A stretch of DNA of 64,000 nt from an uncultured Eubacterium sp. GTDB lineage: Bacteria; Bacillota; Clostridia; Lachnospirales; Lachnospiraceae. The position numbers were made by a program, and so were the translations under genes. The notes beneath the pieces were generated by a model. It was given only the letters and a program-made list of their open reading frames with translations, ran no database searches and was not told the DNA's origin. How positions within the stretch are numbered: the stretch's first letter is position 1; each line of letters starts with the position of its first letter. Shown here piece by piece: positions 29,817-38,751 of this stretch. The stretch is taken from the NCBI GenBank assembly GCA_910578975.1, contig CAJTRZ010000011.1, positions 8,252 through 72,251 of the forward strand. The letters are read 5' to 3'.

Positions 29817-30233
29817 TCAGCTATAATACTGATCATTATCTGAATCCTTATCTCCTGACATTTTTATATTAGAATCATCCATTTTAACCTTTGGAATTAC
29901 AACCGGAGGCAATCCGGCATTGACTAATATCGTTGTTATTAATGCTCTCACATGAGGATATATTTCATCATAAGCCTTTTTATGTATTTCTTTTTTATCC
30001 ATACCCTTTTCACAATCTAAAAAGGCTGTAGCACTTAATTTAAAGTTAAAGTCCATTGGAGCGTTCTTTTCCATCATATCAATGGTAAGGTTTGCTGCAC
30101 AATGCAAATTATCATTTGTATATTTTACATTAAACGAAGCTCTCTGATTAATATCAAGCTGCACCTGTCCCTCAAGCTTATTCGTCAAATCAATTTCTTC
30201 AACCTTTATTCCTTTAAATATTAGTTCTCCCAT
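29817..30233 (-). CDS. SecB-like chaperone family protein
   Basis: 138 aa. The C-terminal IYPHVRALITTILVNAGLPPVVIPKVKM parallels the E. coli SecB segment [28 protein letters not shown]. It also has an N-terminal beta-strand pattern and an acidic tail. RBS GGGAGG upstream. Confidence 0.55.
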   Translation of the reverse strand: MGELIFKGIKVEEIDLTNKLEGQVQLDINQRASFNVKYTNDNLHCAANLTIDMMEKNAPMDFNFKLSATAFLDCEKGMDKKEIHKKAYDEIYPHVRALITTILVNAGLPPVVIPKVKMDDSNIKMSGDKDSDNDQYYS

Positions 30234-30300
30234 ATTGCACCTCCCAAATTCCGGTTATTATACAGGCAATTAATATAAACTCCTTTCATTAACTGCCATT

Positions 30301-33300
30301 TTATTTTTTTACTGTCACTTTCTTTACTTTACTCCAAGCTCCATAATAAGTCTTTTTATCAACTACCTTATAGGCTCTGACCTGAATAAAATATTTTTTC
30401 TTCTTCAACTTCTTAATTGTATATGATATTTTATTCTTTTTAATTTTCTTAATTTTAGCTTTCTTTAACTTCTTTTTACTCAAAGCATAACGTATATTAT
30501 ATCCGGCAACCCCCGAAACTTTCTTCCATGAAATTTTGACTTTCTTTCCTTTCTTATTAACAGCCTTCTTTATCGTCGCCTTCTTCACACTAACTTTCTT
30601 TGGTGCTGCTGTTGTCGTCGGAACTGGTCTATTTGGATTGTCTTCTGCCTCAATAACTTTTACAATACTTCCTTCACAACTACTACCAATTCCTGTGAGC
30701 GTAATTGTAATTTTTCCTGTTTCGTCTGTCACAGTTGTATAAGTGTAATCTATATCTTTTTCTAAAGTTCTTCCATTATCCGGAACATTTACAGTTACAA
30801 CTAATTGATTATTTTCAAATTTTGTCTTTATGCTTACATTTGACATCAATCTTTTACTAATTGTAAATGTCTTTGTAATAGTACCAGTATAATTACCAAT
30901 TCCACGAAGGGTAATTGTTGCTATTCCCGGATTCAAATTATTAATATACTCCACTTCAAAATCTTTCATTGAAGACAGATTATAATCACCTTGCTTCATT
31001 TTAACAATTGGTTGAATTTCCATTTTCTTATACTCATACTGTGTATCAACCTTTGAAAAGTCTTTCATTACAATATCTGATTCAATATCAACTGTACCAA
31101 TTTTAAACTCTCCAACTAGCTGTCCTTCGTATGTACCGATACCTGTTACAATTAATGTAGCTGTTCCAGCATCAATATTATCCTTATATGATACTGTAAA
31201 GTCTACATCTTCTTCTAACTGTGTCTCACCGTCTGTTACTGTAAATGGAACAGTCTGCTCTTCTCCATTGAAAGCAAGATTAACTTCTTCCATATTCAAG
31301 GTGCATTTTGTCAGATCTTTTCCTTGAATTTCAACATCAATCGTTACTCCATCAGAAACTTTATCTCCACGTTTTGCAACAACCTTAAATACATGACCTC
31401 CCGCTGATAATCCATAATATTCATATGTTCCAGCATTTTGATTTTCTGCCAATAATACATCATCACAATAGATGTCATATGTCTGCTCAAAACCTTCTAA
31501 TAAATCCGGCTCTTCAAATGATACTTTCACATTGCCAACACCTATACATTCTGCTGACAGATTCTTTACTTCACTAAGCGGCATATCATCCATATCAATT
31601 GTTTTCGATACAGAACCGCCGTATTCTCCTACACCGGTTACAGTCACTTCTATCTTGCTTCCCGCATGACTGATAGAGTAAGTATAGTCACTGTTCTTTA
31701 CTAATAACTTGTTGTTATATTTTACCTCTACAACCACTTCGCCATCATCATCTAATATTACCTCTACCTGTGCATTTGCAATATCTGTTTTTTTAAGAAC
31801 TGCAACTTCATATATCTGGAATCCATATGTAGCATGTCCATTCATGTTAACTTTCAGATATCTTATCATATCTGACTCTACATCACTTATATCTGTTACC
31901 ACATAGCCATTTACATCTGCATTCTTCTGCATAATTTCCCATGAAACTGCTTTTGTCTTTCCTATTTCATAAAATCCATTACCAGGATTCTCCTCATCAA
32001 ATGTCTTTGATACCTGAATTGTATAATCACCACAGAATGTATTATCTGATTTGTAATTCACCAAAACTCTTCCAATTAATGAAGCATCTATCTCTTCTCC
32101 CAGATCAATCACTACCCAGTCTGATGTTCTCTTGCTATCCCAATCAGATGACCAGTATTTGTCCTTCTTTCCATCTGTAAGAACTGCCTTGTCTTTCCCC
32201 TCATTTGCATATGTGGAAGAAACATAAACCGGTTTGTTTAATGCTAAGTTCTTTTCTACAGATGCTACATTTGCTGTCTGATCCGCTATCTCCGGATATT
32301 CAACAGGATTTACGCCAATAATGGCAAATTCTTTAATCTGGTAACCATATCCTGTATTTCCGTTCGTGAAGTGTAATTTTACATATCTGAATCTGTCCAA
32401 TGTTACATCAGACAAATCTACATCAAAATGCTCCTGGTCAACTTCTACATCACTATATGTTCCAATGGTCTCATAATTTTCACCATCTAATGATATGGAA
32501 ACATCCCAATGTGTAACGTTTGTTAATCCATTCTGATTATACAGCAACAGAAAATCAATATTGTTTACTTTCTGTATTTTTGACTTACCTAAATCAATTA
32601 CAAATGTCTGCTCTTTCGCACTACTGCTTCTTTCTGTATTAACAAATCCACCGGAAGTTTTTCCATCTGTTAAAGCCCCTGCTTTATTCTCGTTACCTTC
32701 AGAACTTTGTGTATAATCAGCCGCATAAATCAAGTTATAATCTGTATTCAAATATTCTGACTCATCTATAGGAGCCCCACCTTCTACAGTACTTGCACTG
32801 CCAGCCATATTTGGTGTACTGTTTCTCTCATATCCAATGGCTGCCAGTTCACGAATCTGAAAACCGTAATCTTTAGCGCCATCTAACATATTGAGTCTGA
32901 CATACTGATACTGCGTCAACTGAATACCACTCGTGTCAACTGTCAACTCACGATTTTTGTAGGAGTAATCTGCCTTAGATGTATAAATTGTCTCAAAATT
33001 CTCACCATCCAACGACAACTGAATATTAAACTTTTTGCTTGCTGTAATATCGCTTACATAATATAACATAAACGATTTCAGATTACTTACATCCTGAACA
33101 CCATCCAATGTGACAGTCACTCTCTGATCAGTCTTCGCACCCCACTTTGTATTACAGAACGTTCCTGTAGAAAGACCATCTGTCAATGCAGTATCTGTAT
33201 TTTCTGTCCCTTTGCTACTATATGTGTATGCGGCACCTTTCAAAAGATTAAAATCTGATTTTAATAATTGAAGTTCTGTCATATCCTCAGCATCTAAATA

Positions 33301-34890
33301 ACTGTCTCCCGTGATGGCTGAAGTTGACTCTGTGTAATCAGCATTTTTAATTGGTTCATACTGAGAATTATTTCCTGTTGGAACAATATATGTCGCATAT
33401 GCTTCGTACTGTTCATTTTGAAAATCAATATTATTATAAACAGTGCAATCCTCATATGTTGTTACTGTTGAGCCCTCTGATGCATAACCATTCAGACTGG
33501 TTCTGTTTGCATCTTCATCGGCAATATATCTTGGCTCTGTAACACTGGATAAATGAATCATTGTTCCGCCGTTTCCATTTGCCAGACGTCCGAAGTTGAT
33601 TCCTTTATTTAGCTCCTGCATGGAATACTGCCAATGTGAATGTCCTGTAACCAATGTAGCATTTTTATATTGTGTCAACAAAGACTGCAGATTTTTTCCA
33701 CTTGTTGTCTTTACTACATCTTTAAAATCTAAATCATAGGAATAATTACCTGTATTTTTCAGATCTCCAGTACAATTATTATAATCGACTGCATCATTCT
33801 CTAATGTATTGACACCCAAATAGTAATGCTGGTATAAAAATACATTTTTATCTTTGTAATTTTCCAGCTGTTCTTCTAACCAGTCCATTTGACCTGTTGT
33901 AACTAGTTTGTCCGTGTCATAAACCTCACCAGTCTTTGCAATATTATTAAAGAATATAAAGATATTCCCCCCTGCTTCAGTTACAAAATCTAGTCCTGGA
34001 ACTGTCGTATCTATCTCCTCACCATCTTCTGTCTCCTTGTAAACGGTAGCGATAGGGTTTATCAATGCATCATTTGCAAGAATTTCATGTCCGTTTAATT
34101 TATTGTGAACTATTCCATCTTCATCTACTGTGAAATATGTACTTGTAATTGAGTTATACCATCTGCTGACAGATGTATCTAATAATGATTTATTACTGGT
34201 AGATAATGTTGTTCTGGAATCATGATTACCAATAGCAGTCAGAACTGTCATATCGGGATGCTTCGCAAGTGCCTCATTAAATCTGTCAAATGCCAGTTGC
34301 TCACCTGCCTGCGATAAATCACCTGACATTGCTACAAACCTGATTCCTTCATTATCTAAAAACTCTAACGCCTTATCCATGGCTGGTACCGCATCATCTT
34401 CTGCTACAGAACTATATCTTGTAAAATGCGGATCCGATAAAGATCCAAATGTATAAGACTTCTCGCTGGCTTTAAACTGCTTATCTGCCGGAATATTATA
34501 TGTGTATACCTGTTCACCCTGCTTATATACTACAACTGTTTTGGCGCCTTCCGGAATGGCAGTATAGTCATTGATAATATTAAATGCTCCCGCGCCATCT
34601 TTAACAACGACTCTTGCCAAATATGAATATTCATAGTTACCTCTTTTTAATTTGTTTCCATTCTCGTCTCCCCAGAATACTTTGTATACACCATCTTCAT
34701 TTGCGTTTATGTATATTGTACCATCTGCATATCCCGGGGTACTATACGCATAATCATATCTGAATGCTGTTACTAAGTTTTCATCTGCCTTAACTACCTT
34801 CTGAAAATCTGCCGGTCCAAATGTCTGTACACTCAGTGCCATAGCCAGACTCAGAACGATACTTAAGCTCTTTTTCATGTTCTTTCTCAT
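30301..34890 (-). CDS. Giant secreted multidomain protein: calcineurin-like metallophosphoesterase, three F5/8 type C (discoidin/CBM32-like) domains, Ig/FN3-like repeats and a lysine-rich FN3-like C-terminus
   Basis: Start MRKNMKK with RBS AGGAGG and a signal peptide. Phosphoesterase motifs DPHF, GDLSQAG, GNHDS, GHSH. Three (A/V)LTDG discoidin-like domains. Four repeats ending in G(I/V)G.Y.G. 38 of the last 100 aa are Lys. Confidence 0.85.
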   Translation of the reverse strand: MRKNMKKSLSIVLSLAMALSVQTFGPADFQKVVKADENLVTAFRYDYAYSTPGYADGTIYINANEDGVYKVFWGDENGNKLKRGNYEYSYLARVVVKDGAGAFNIINDYTAIPEGAKTVVVYKQGEQVYTYNIPADKQFKASEKSYTFGSLSDPHFTRYSSVAEDDAVPAMDKALEFLDNEGIRFVAMSGDLSQAGEQLAFDRFNEALAKHPDMTVLTAIGNHDSRTTLSTSNKSLLDTSVSRWYNSITSTYFTVDEDGIVHNKLNGHEILANDALINPIATVYKETEDGEEIDTTVPGLDFVTEAGGNIFIFFNNIAKTGEVYDTDKLVTTGQMDWLEEQLENYKDKNVFLYQHYYLGVNTLENDAVDYNNCTGDLKNTGNYSYDLDFKDVVKTTSGKNLQSLLTQYKNATLVTGHSHWQYSMQELNKGINFGRLANGNGGTMIHLSSVTEPRYIADEDANRTSLNGYASEGSTVTTYEDCTVYNNIDFQNEQYEAYATYIVPTGNNSQYEPIKNADYTESTSAITGDSYLDAEDMTELQLLKSDFNLLKGAAYTYSSKGTENTDTALTDGLSTGTFCNTKWGAKTDQRVTVTLDGVQDVSNLKSFMLYYVSDITASKKFNIQLSLDGENFETIYTSKADYSYKNRELTVDTSGIQLTQYQYVRLNMLDGAKDYGFQIRELAAIGYERNSTPNMAGSASTVEGGAPIDESEYLNTDYNLIYAADYTQSSEGNENKAGALTDGKTSGGFVNTERSSSAKEQTFVIDLGKSKIQKVNNIDFLLLYNQNGLTNVTHWDVSISLDGENYETIGTYSDVEVDQEHFDVDLSDVTLDRFRYVKLHFTNGNTGYGYQIKEFAIIGVNPVEYPEIADQTANVASVEKNLALNKPVYVSSTYANEGKDKAVLTDGKKDKYWSSDWDSKRTSDWVVIDLGEEIDASLIGRVLVNYKSDNTFCGDYTIQVSKTFDEENPGNGFYEIGKTKAVSWEIMQKNADVNGYVVTDISDVESDMIRYLKVNMNGHATYGFQIYEVAVLKKTDIANAQVEVILDDDGEVVVEVKYNNKLLVKNSDYTYSISHAGSKIEVTVTGVGEYGGSVSKTIDMDDMPLSEVKNLSAECIGVGNVKVSFEEPDLLEGFEQTYDIYCDDVLLAENQNAGTYEYYGLSAGGHVFKVVAKRGDKVSDGVTIDVEIQGKDLTKCTLNMEEVNLAFNGEEQTVPFTVTDGETQLEEDVDFTVSYKDNIDAGTATLIVTGIGTYEGQLVGEFKIGTVDIESDIVMKDFSKVDTQYEYKKMEIQPIVKMKQGDYNLSSMKDFEVEYINNLNPGIATITLRGIGNYTGTITKTFTISKRLMSNVSIKTKFENNQLVVTVNVPDNGRTLEKDIDYTYTTVTDETGKITITLTGIGSSCEGSIVKVIEAEDNPNRPVPTTTAAPKKVSVKKATIKKAVNKKGKKVKISWKKVSGVAGYNIRYALSKKKLKKAKIKKIKKNKISYTIKKLKKKKYFIQVRAYKVVDKKTYYGAWSKVKKVTVKK

Positions 34891-35059
34891 AAAGAATCCT
34901 CCTAATACTACTCTCCCCTTTTCAATCTTGTCCATAGAATTTTATTTTATCATAACCCTATTGATGGCTCAACCTTTTACTTCTATTCCGTTCAAAAAAA
35001 GAAACTCCCTTGTTTACAAAGGAGTTTCTATAATTAATTCATTTGCCATTCACTATATG

Positions 35060-35656
35060 TTAATTACTTTTCGCATCTACATATTTTATAATAACATCTG
35101 TTACTTTATCTAAAGGAATATTTCCCGTACGAATACACAAATCGTATCCCCTAGAATCCCCCCACTTATTTTCACAATAAAAATTATGATAGGTTTTTCT
35201 CACCTTATCCATCTTTTTCATCTTTGCCAGTGCTGCCTTTTCGTCGATATCCTCTCGTTCCATAACCCTTTTCATTTTACTCTTTTTGTCTGATGTAACA
35301 AAAACGCTAGTCATATTCTCATTGTCTGCTAATATTTCGTCAGCACATCTTCCGACCACTACAAAAGATTCTTTTTCTTCATTTGCTTTTTTTCTTAAAA
35401 ACTCAAACTGCTTAATCGCTACATCCTGTTCAATAGATATAGCAGAACCTACGATTGGCATAGGCATAAAGGACAAGCTGATAGGTCTTTCATCATATCT
35501 CTCTATCATCTCTTCGCTATACCCTCCATCCTTTGCCACCTGACTTAATAATTCCTTATGATATAAAGGTATATTATAGTGTTCTGCCAGTTTTTGTGCA
35601 ATGACATGCCCCCCGCTGCCAAACTCTCTTCCAATTGCAATAATTACCTGTTTCAT
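35060..35656 (-). CDS. Cytidylate kinase-like family protein
   Basis: IIAIGREFGSGGHVIAQKLAEHYNIPLY is typical of the cytidylate-kinase-like (AAA_17/PF13189-type) family. Confidence 0.75.
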   Translation of the reverse strand: MKQVIIAIGREFGSGGHVIAQKLAEHYNIPLYHKELLSQVAKDGGYSEEMIERYDERPISLSFMPMPIVGSAISIEQDVAIKQFEFLRKKANEEKESFVVVGRCADEILADNENMTSVFVTSDKKSKMKRVMEREDIDEKAALAKMKKMDKVRKTYHNFYCENKWGDSRGYDLCIRTGNIPLDKVTDVIIKYVDAKSN

Positions 35657-35768
35657 TGTTATCCCCTCCTACTCATTATATTCTGAATATTCAGTATTTA
35701 TTTCTAATCCGTACTTACTATTCTTATATAAAATTATATCATAAAATTGTCTCAATATAAACTAGAAA

Positions 35769-36093
35769 TTATTTCAGAAACCGGACACTGCCCTTAACAA
35801 TTAACTTGTCAAAAACAATAAACATTGCAGGCAGAATACATATTACACATAACATACTGACAACCGCTCCTCTTGCCATAAGGAGACACAAAGAACTAAT
35901 CAGAAGCTATAAATGGTAGCACTGCTCCTTTATAATAAGGAATTCCCATATTTGTAAAAATAGCAAACTCAATAACTGAAACCAATATTACAGATAATGT
36001 AATAGATTTAAAAACCAGCGAAATAATTAAAAATATCAGGAAGATAGATACAAAACTTATTGTGGCAAAATCTTTGTTTGTAATCTTAATCAA
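35769..36093 (-). pseudogene. Decayed remnant of an MMPL transporter C-terminus (partial duplicate of the adjacent gene)
   Basis: The ORF 35896..36093 (DLIKITNKDFATISFVSIFLIFLIISLVFKSITLSVILVSVIEFAIFTNMG..FIAS) aligns with residues KDLITITDEDFKRVSTVSIGAIFLIILLVFKSLSIPAVLVMVIEFAIFVNMG..FIAS of the 36182..38266 protein. A second frame at 35769..35890 reads SSLCLLMARGAVVSMLCVICILPAMFIVFDKLI and matches LCSLLSRGAIISMFVVILVLPTMLMLFDKVI. There is an internal deletion and an in-frame stop. Confidence 0.75.
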
Positions 36094-36181
36094 ATCCTAG
36101 TGTAAAATTTATAAAACAAAGTTCTATAAATCTGGCTACTATAGTAATAGCTCTTCCATAAGAATATCCTCATCTCCTGCT

Positions 36182-38266
36182 CTAAAAATGTTTATGTTTT
36201 TTGCGAAAGCCCATACTTGTCAAACAAATCACTTTGTCGAACAACATTAGCATGGTCGGTAGCACCAGTATTACTACAAACATACTGATAATTGCGCCTC
36301 TCGATAATAGACTGCAAAGCTGGCTGACCATATCAATATTAGAGTAAACTCCCACGCCAAAGGTCGCAGCAAAAAAACAGAGCGCACTTACAATAATCGA
36401 CATCATGGAATCCCCCAGTGCCTTGGCGATTGCAGGCTGCTTCTCCATCCCCTCCAATCGGTTTCTCTTGTATTTGTTTGTCATAAGTATTGCATAATCC
36501 ACCGTAGCACCTAACTGGATGGTACCGATTACAACGCTGGCTATAAAGGGAATTACCGTTCCTGTATAAGACGTAAGCCCCATGTTGACAAAGATTGCAA
36601 ACTCAATAACCATGACAAGCACAGCTGGGATTGACAGTGACTTAAAAACCAAGAGGATAATCAAAAAGATAGCTCCAATGGATACGGTACTTACCCGCTT
36701 GAAGTCCTCGTCTGTAATTGTAATCAAATCCTTTGTGCAGGGAGCCTCCCCTATGAGCATAGCCTTTTTGTTATACATATGCACAATTTTATTGATTTCA
36801 TCTACCTGCGTATTAACCTCATCAGATGCTGTGTTATATTCAGAGGAAATAATCATCATCTGATATTTCCCGTTCTTAAAAACCCCTTCTAAACCTTCCG
36901 GGACAAACTCCTTTGGAATGGTCGGATCAAGTATAGAATCAAAAGACATAGCAATCTTAATGCCGTCCAGTTTCTCAATATCCGCAATCATGTTTCGGCT
37001 ATTCTTTGCCGTCATATCGCTTGGCGCAAGTATGATGTGGGTTGCCCCCATATGATACTGCTCAGACAGTTTGTCATTTGCCTGTTTGCTAAACGAACTT
37101 TCTGGCATTGTGGAGGCCAAATCATAATATACATTTGTATGCGTATAACCATAAACGGCTGGTACTAAAATGAGGATAAACAGAACAAGAACCACTCGAT
37201 AATACTTTGTAATTCCATTCGAAATTTTTAGGGTATTTGGCATCAGAACCTTATGCTTCGTTTTCTCGATTGTCTTGTCGAATACAAGCAGCATGGAAGG
37301 AAGAATCGTTACACAGCCAATAACCCCAATCACAACACCCTTTGCCATAACAATTCCCAGATCAAGTCCTAGCGTAAACGTCATAAAACACAGTGCCAGA
37401 AATCCTGCAACTGTTGTAACAGAGCTTCCAGTTACGGATACCAACGTATGGGAAATTGCATGCGCCATCGCTCTTTTTTTATCCCCGTCAAACCTTAAAA
37501 TCTGCTCCTGATAGCTATGCCACAAGAAAATAGAATAATCCAAAGTAACTGCGAGTTGCAATACTGCCGTCAATGCCATTGTCAAATAAGAGATTTCCCC
37601 TTGTATAAAATTTGTTCCAAGATTATAGATAATAGACATTCCAATGCTGAGCAAAAATAACAAGGGCGCCACAATAGATTCCATGGTAAATGCCATTACC
37701 CCAAAGCAAAGCAATACCGCAATCCCTATATAAATTGGTGTTTGCTGCATAATCATATTCTTAGTGTCCGTATTCACCGCACCCATACCACTGACAAAGC
37801 AATGATCCTCTACCATCTTGTTCATCTGGTCGATTGCATTCATAGTCTCATCTGCGCCCATAGTATCGGAAAAAATTACCACCATCAGCTGGCTGTCCGC
37901 ATCCGAATTATTAAAGAAGTCATAGAGTTTATCCGGGAGAATTTCCCTCGGGATGCTAAGATCCGCAACAGAACCATACCAGAGAGTATCCTTCACTCCC
38001 TCCAATCCACTGATTTCGCTCTCCAAAACTTTTACATCCTGATTCTCCATATGCTCAAGAATTATAAAGGATAGCGCCCCAGAGCCAAATTCATCCACCA
38101 TAATATCCTGGCCTTTCATCGTTTCGATATTGCCCGGAAGATAGGAAAGAATATCATAATTAATCCTTGTATTTATAAAACTGATTGCTGATGGTATCAG
38201 AAGTACGAATGCAAGAATCAGTATAGGAATTCTTAACCTCACAATCCCTTTTCCAAATTTAATCAT
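36182..38266 (-). CDS. MMPL/RND-superfamily membrane transporter
   Basis: 694 aa with two 6-TM bundles, each preceded by a large loop. Internally duplicated motifs (LSFIIL.., ..FIASVVIGTIQLGATVDYAIL). Confidence 0.88.
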   Translation of the reverse strand: MIKFGKGIVRLRIPILILAFVLLIPSAISFINTRINYDILSYLPGNIETMKGQDIMVDEFGSGALSFIILEHMENQDVKVLESEISGLEGVKDTLWYGSVADLSIPREILPDKLYDFFNNSDADSQLMVVIFSDTMGADETMNAIDQMNKMVEDHCFVSGMGAVNTDTKNMIMQQTPIYIGIAVLLCFGVMAFTMESIVAPLLFLLSIGMSIIYNLGTNFIQGEISYLTMALTAVLQLAVTLDYSIFLWHSYQEQILRFDGDKKRAMAHAISHTLVSVTGSSVTTVAGFLALCFMTFTLGLDLGIVMAKGVVIGVIGCVTILPSMLLVFDKTIEKTKHKVLMPNTLKISNGITKYYRVVLVLFILILVPAVYGYTHTNVYYDLASTMPESSFSKQANDKLSEQYHMGATHIILAPSDMTAKNSRNMIADIEKLDGIKIAMSFDSILDPTIPKEFVPEGLEGVFKNGKYQMMIISSEYNTASDEVNTQVDEINKIVHMYNKKAMLIGEAPCTKDLITITDEDFKRVSTVSIGAIFLIILLVFKSLSIPAVLVMVIEFAIFVNMGLTSYTGTVIPFIASVVIGTIQLGATVDYAILMTNKYKRNRLEGMEKQPAIAKALGDSMMSIIVSALCFFAATFGVGVYSNIDMVSQLCSLLSRGAIISMFVVILVLPTMLMLFDKVICLTSMGFRKKHKHF

Positions 38267-38751
38267 TTTACCTACTTGATATATTGTAATAGACTCATCT
38301 ATTAGTCATTACAAGTATACCTTCTCCTTTCTATCAACCTTTTATAACCGTGGTTGATTACGGTGATTTATCTTTGTATTATTTTGATTCTAGTCGGATT
38401 TGACATTAGTAAATCAAAACACTTTTTTATCATCATTGATAAAGATATCTAAGAAATTGTTTCAAAATTTACTATTATTAATAAGAAGAATATTTTTTAA
38501 AACTGTGTATCCGCAAGCTACAACATTATTCTAAAACAGATATTCTCATTAGTATGGAAGATACCGGTCTTTTCATTTTGCCCTATTTAAATATCTTCTC
38601 GATAATAAATACACTATTGCACTTATTAACCCCACTACTACAGACCCTACCAGAAAAACTCAAGAGCATCTCTAAAAATGCTAAAGATAAATACTGTTAC
38701 TATCTGTGATATATTAGCTTTTCCTAACTTTTTCATATACTACCAACTACT

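Noticed and set aside
35896-36093. 65-aa ORF as a genuine small membrane protein
   Set aside because: It is clearly homologous to an internal segment of the adjacent MMPL transporter and is flanked by further out-of-frame homologous sequence. I treat it as part of a pseudogene remnant.
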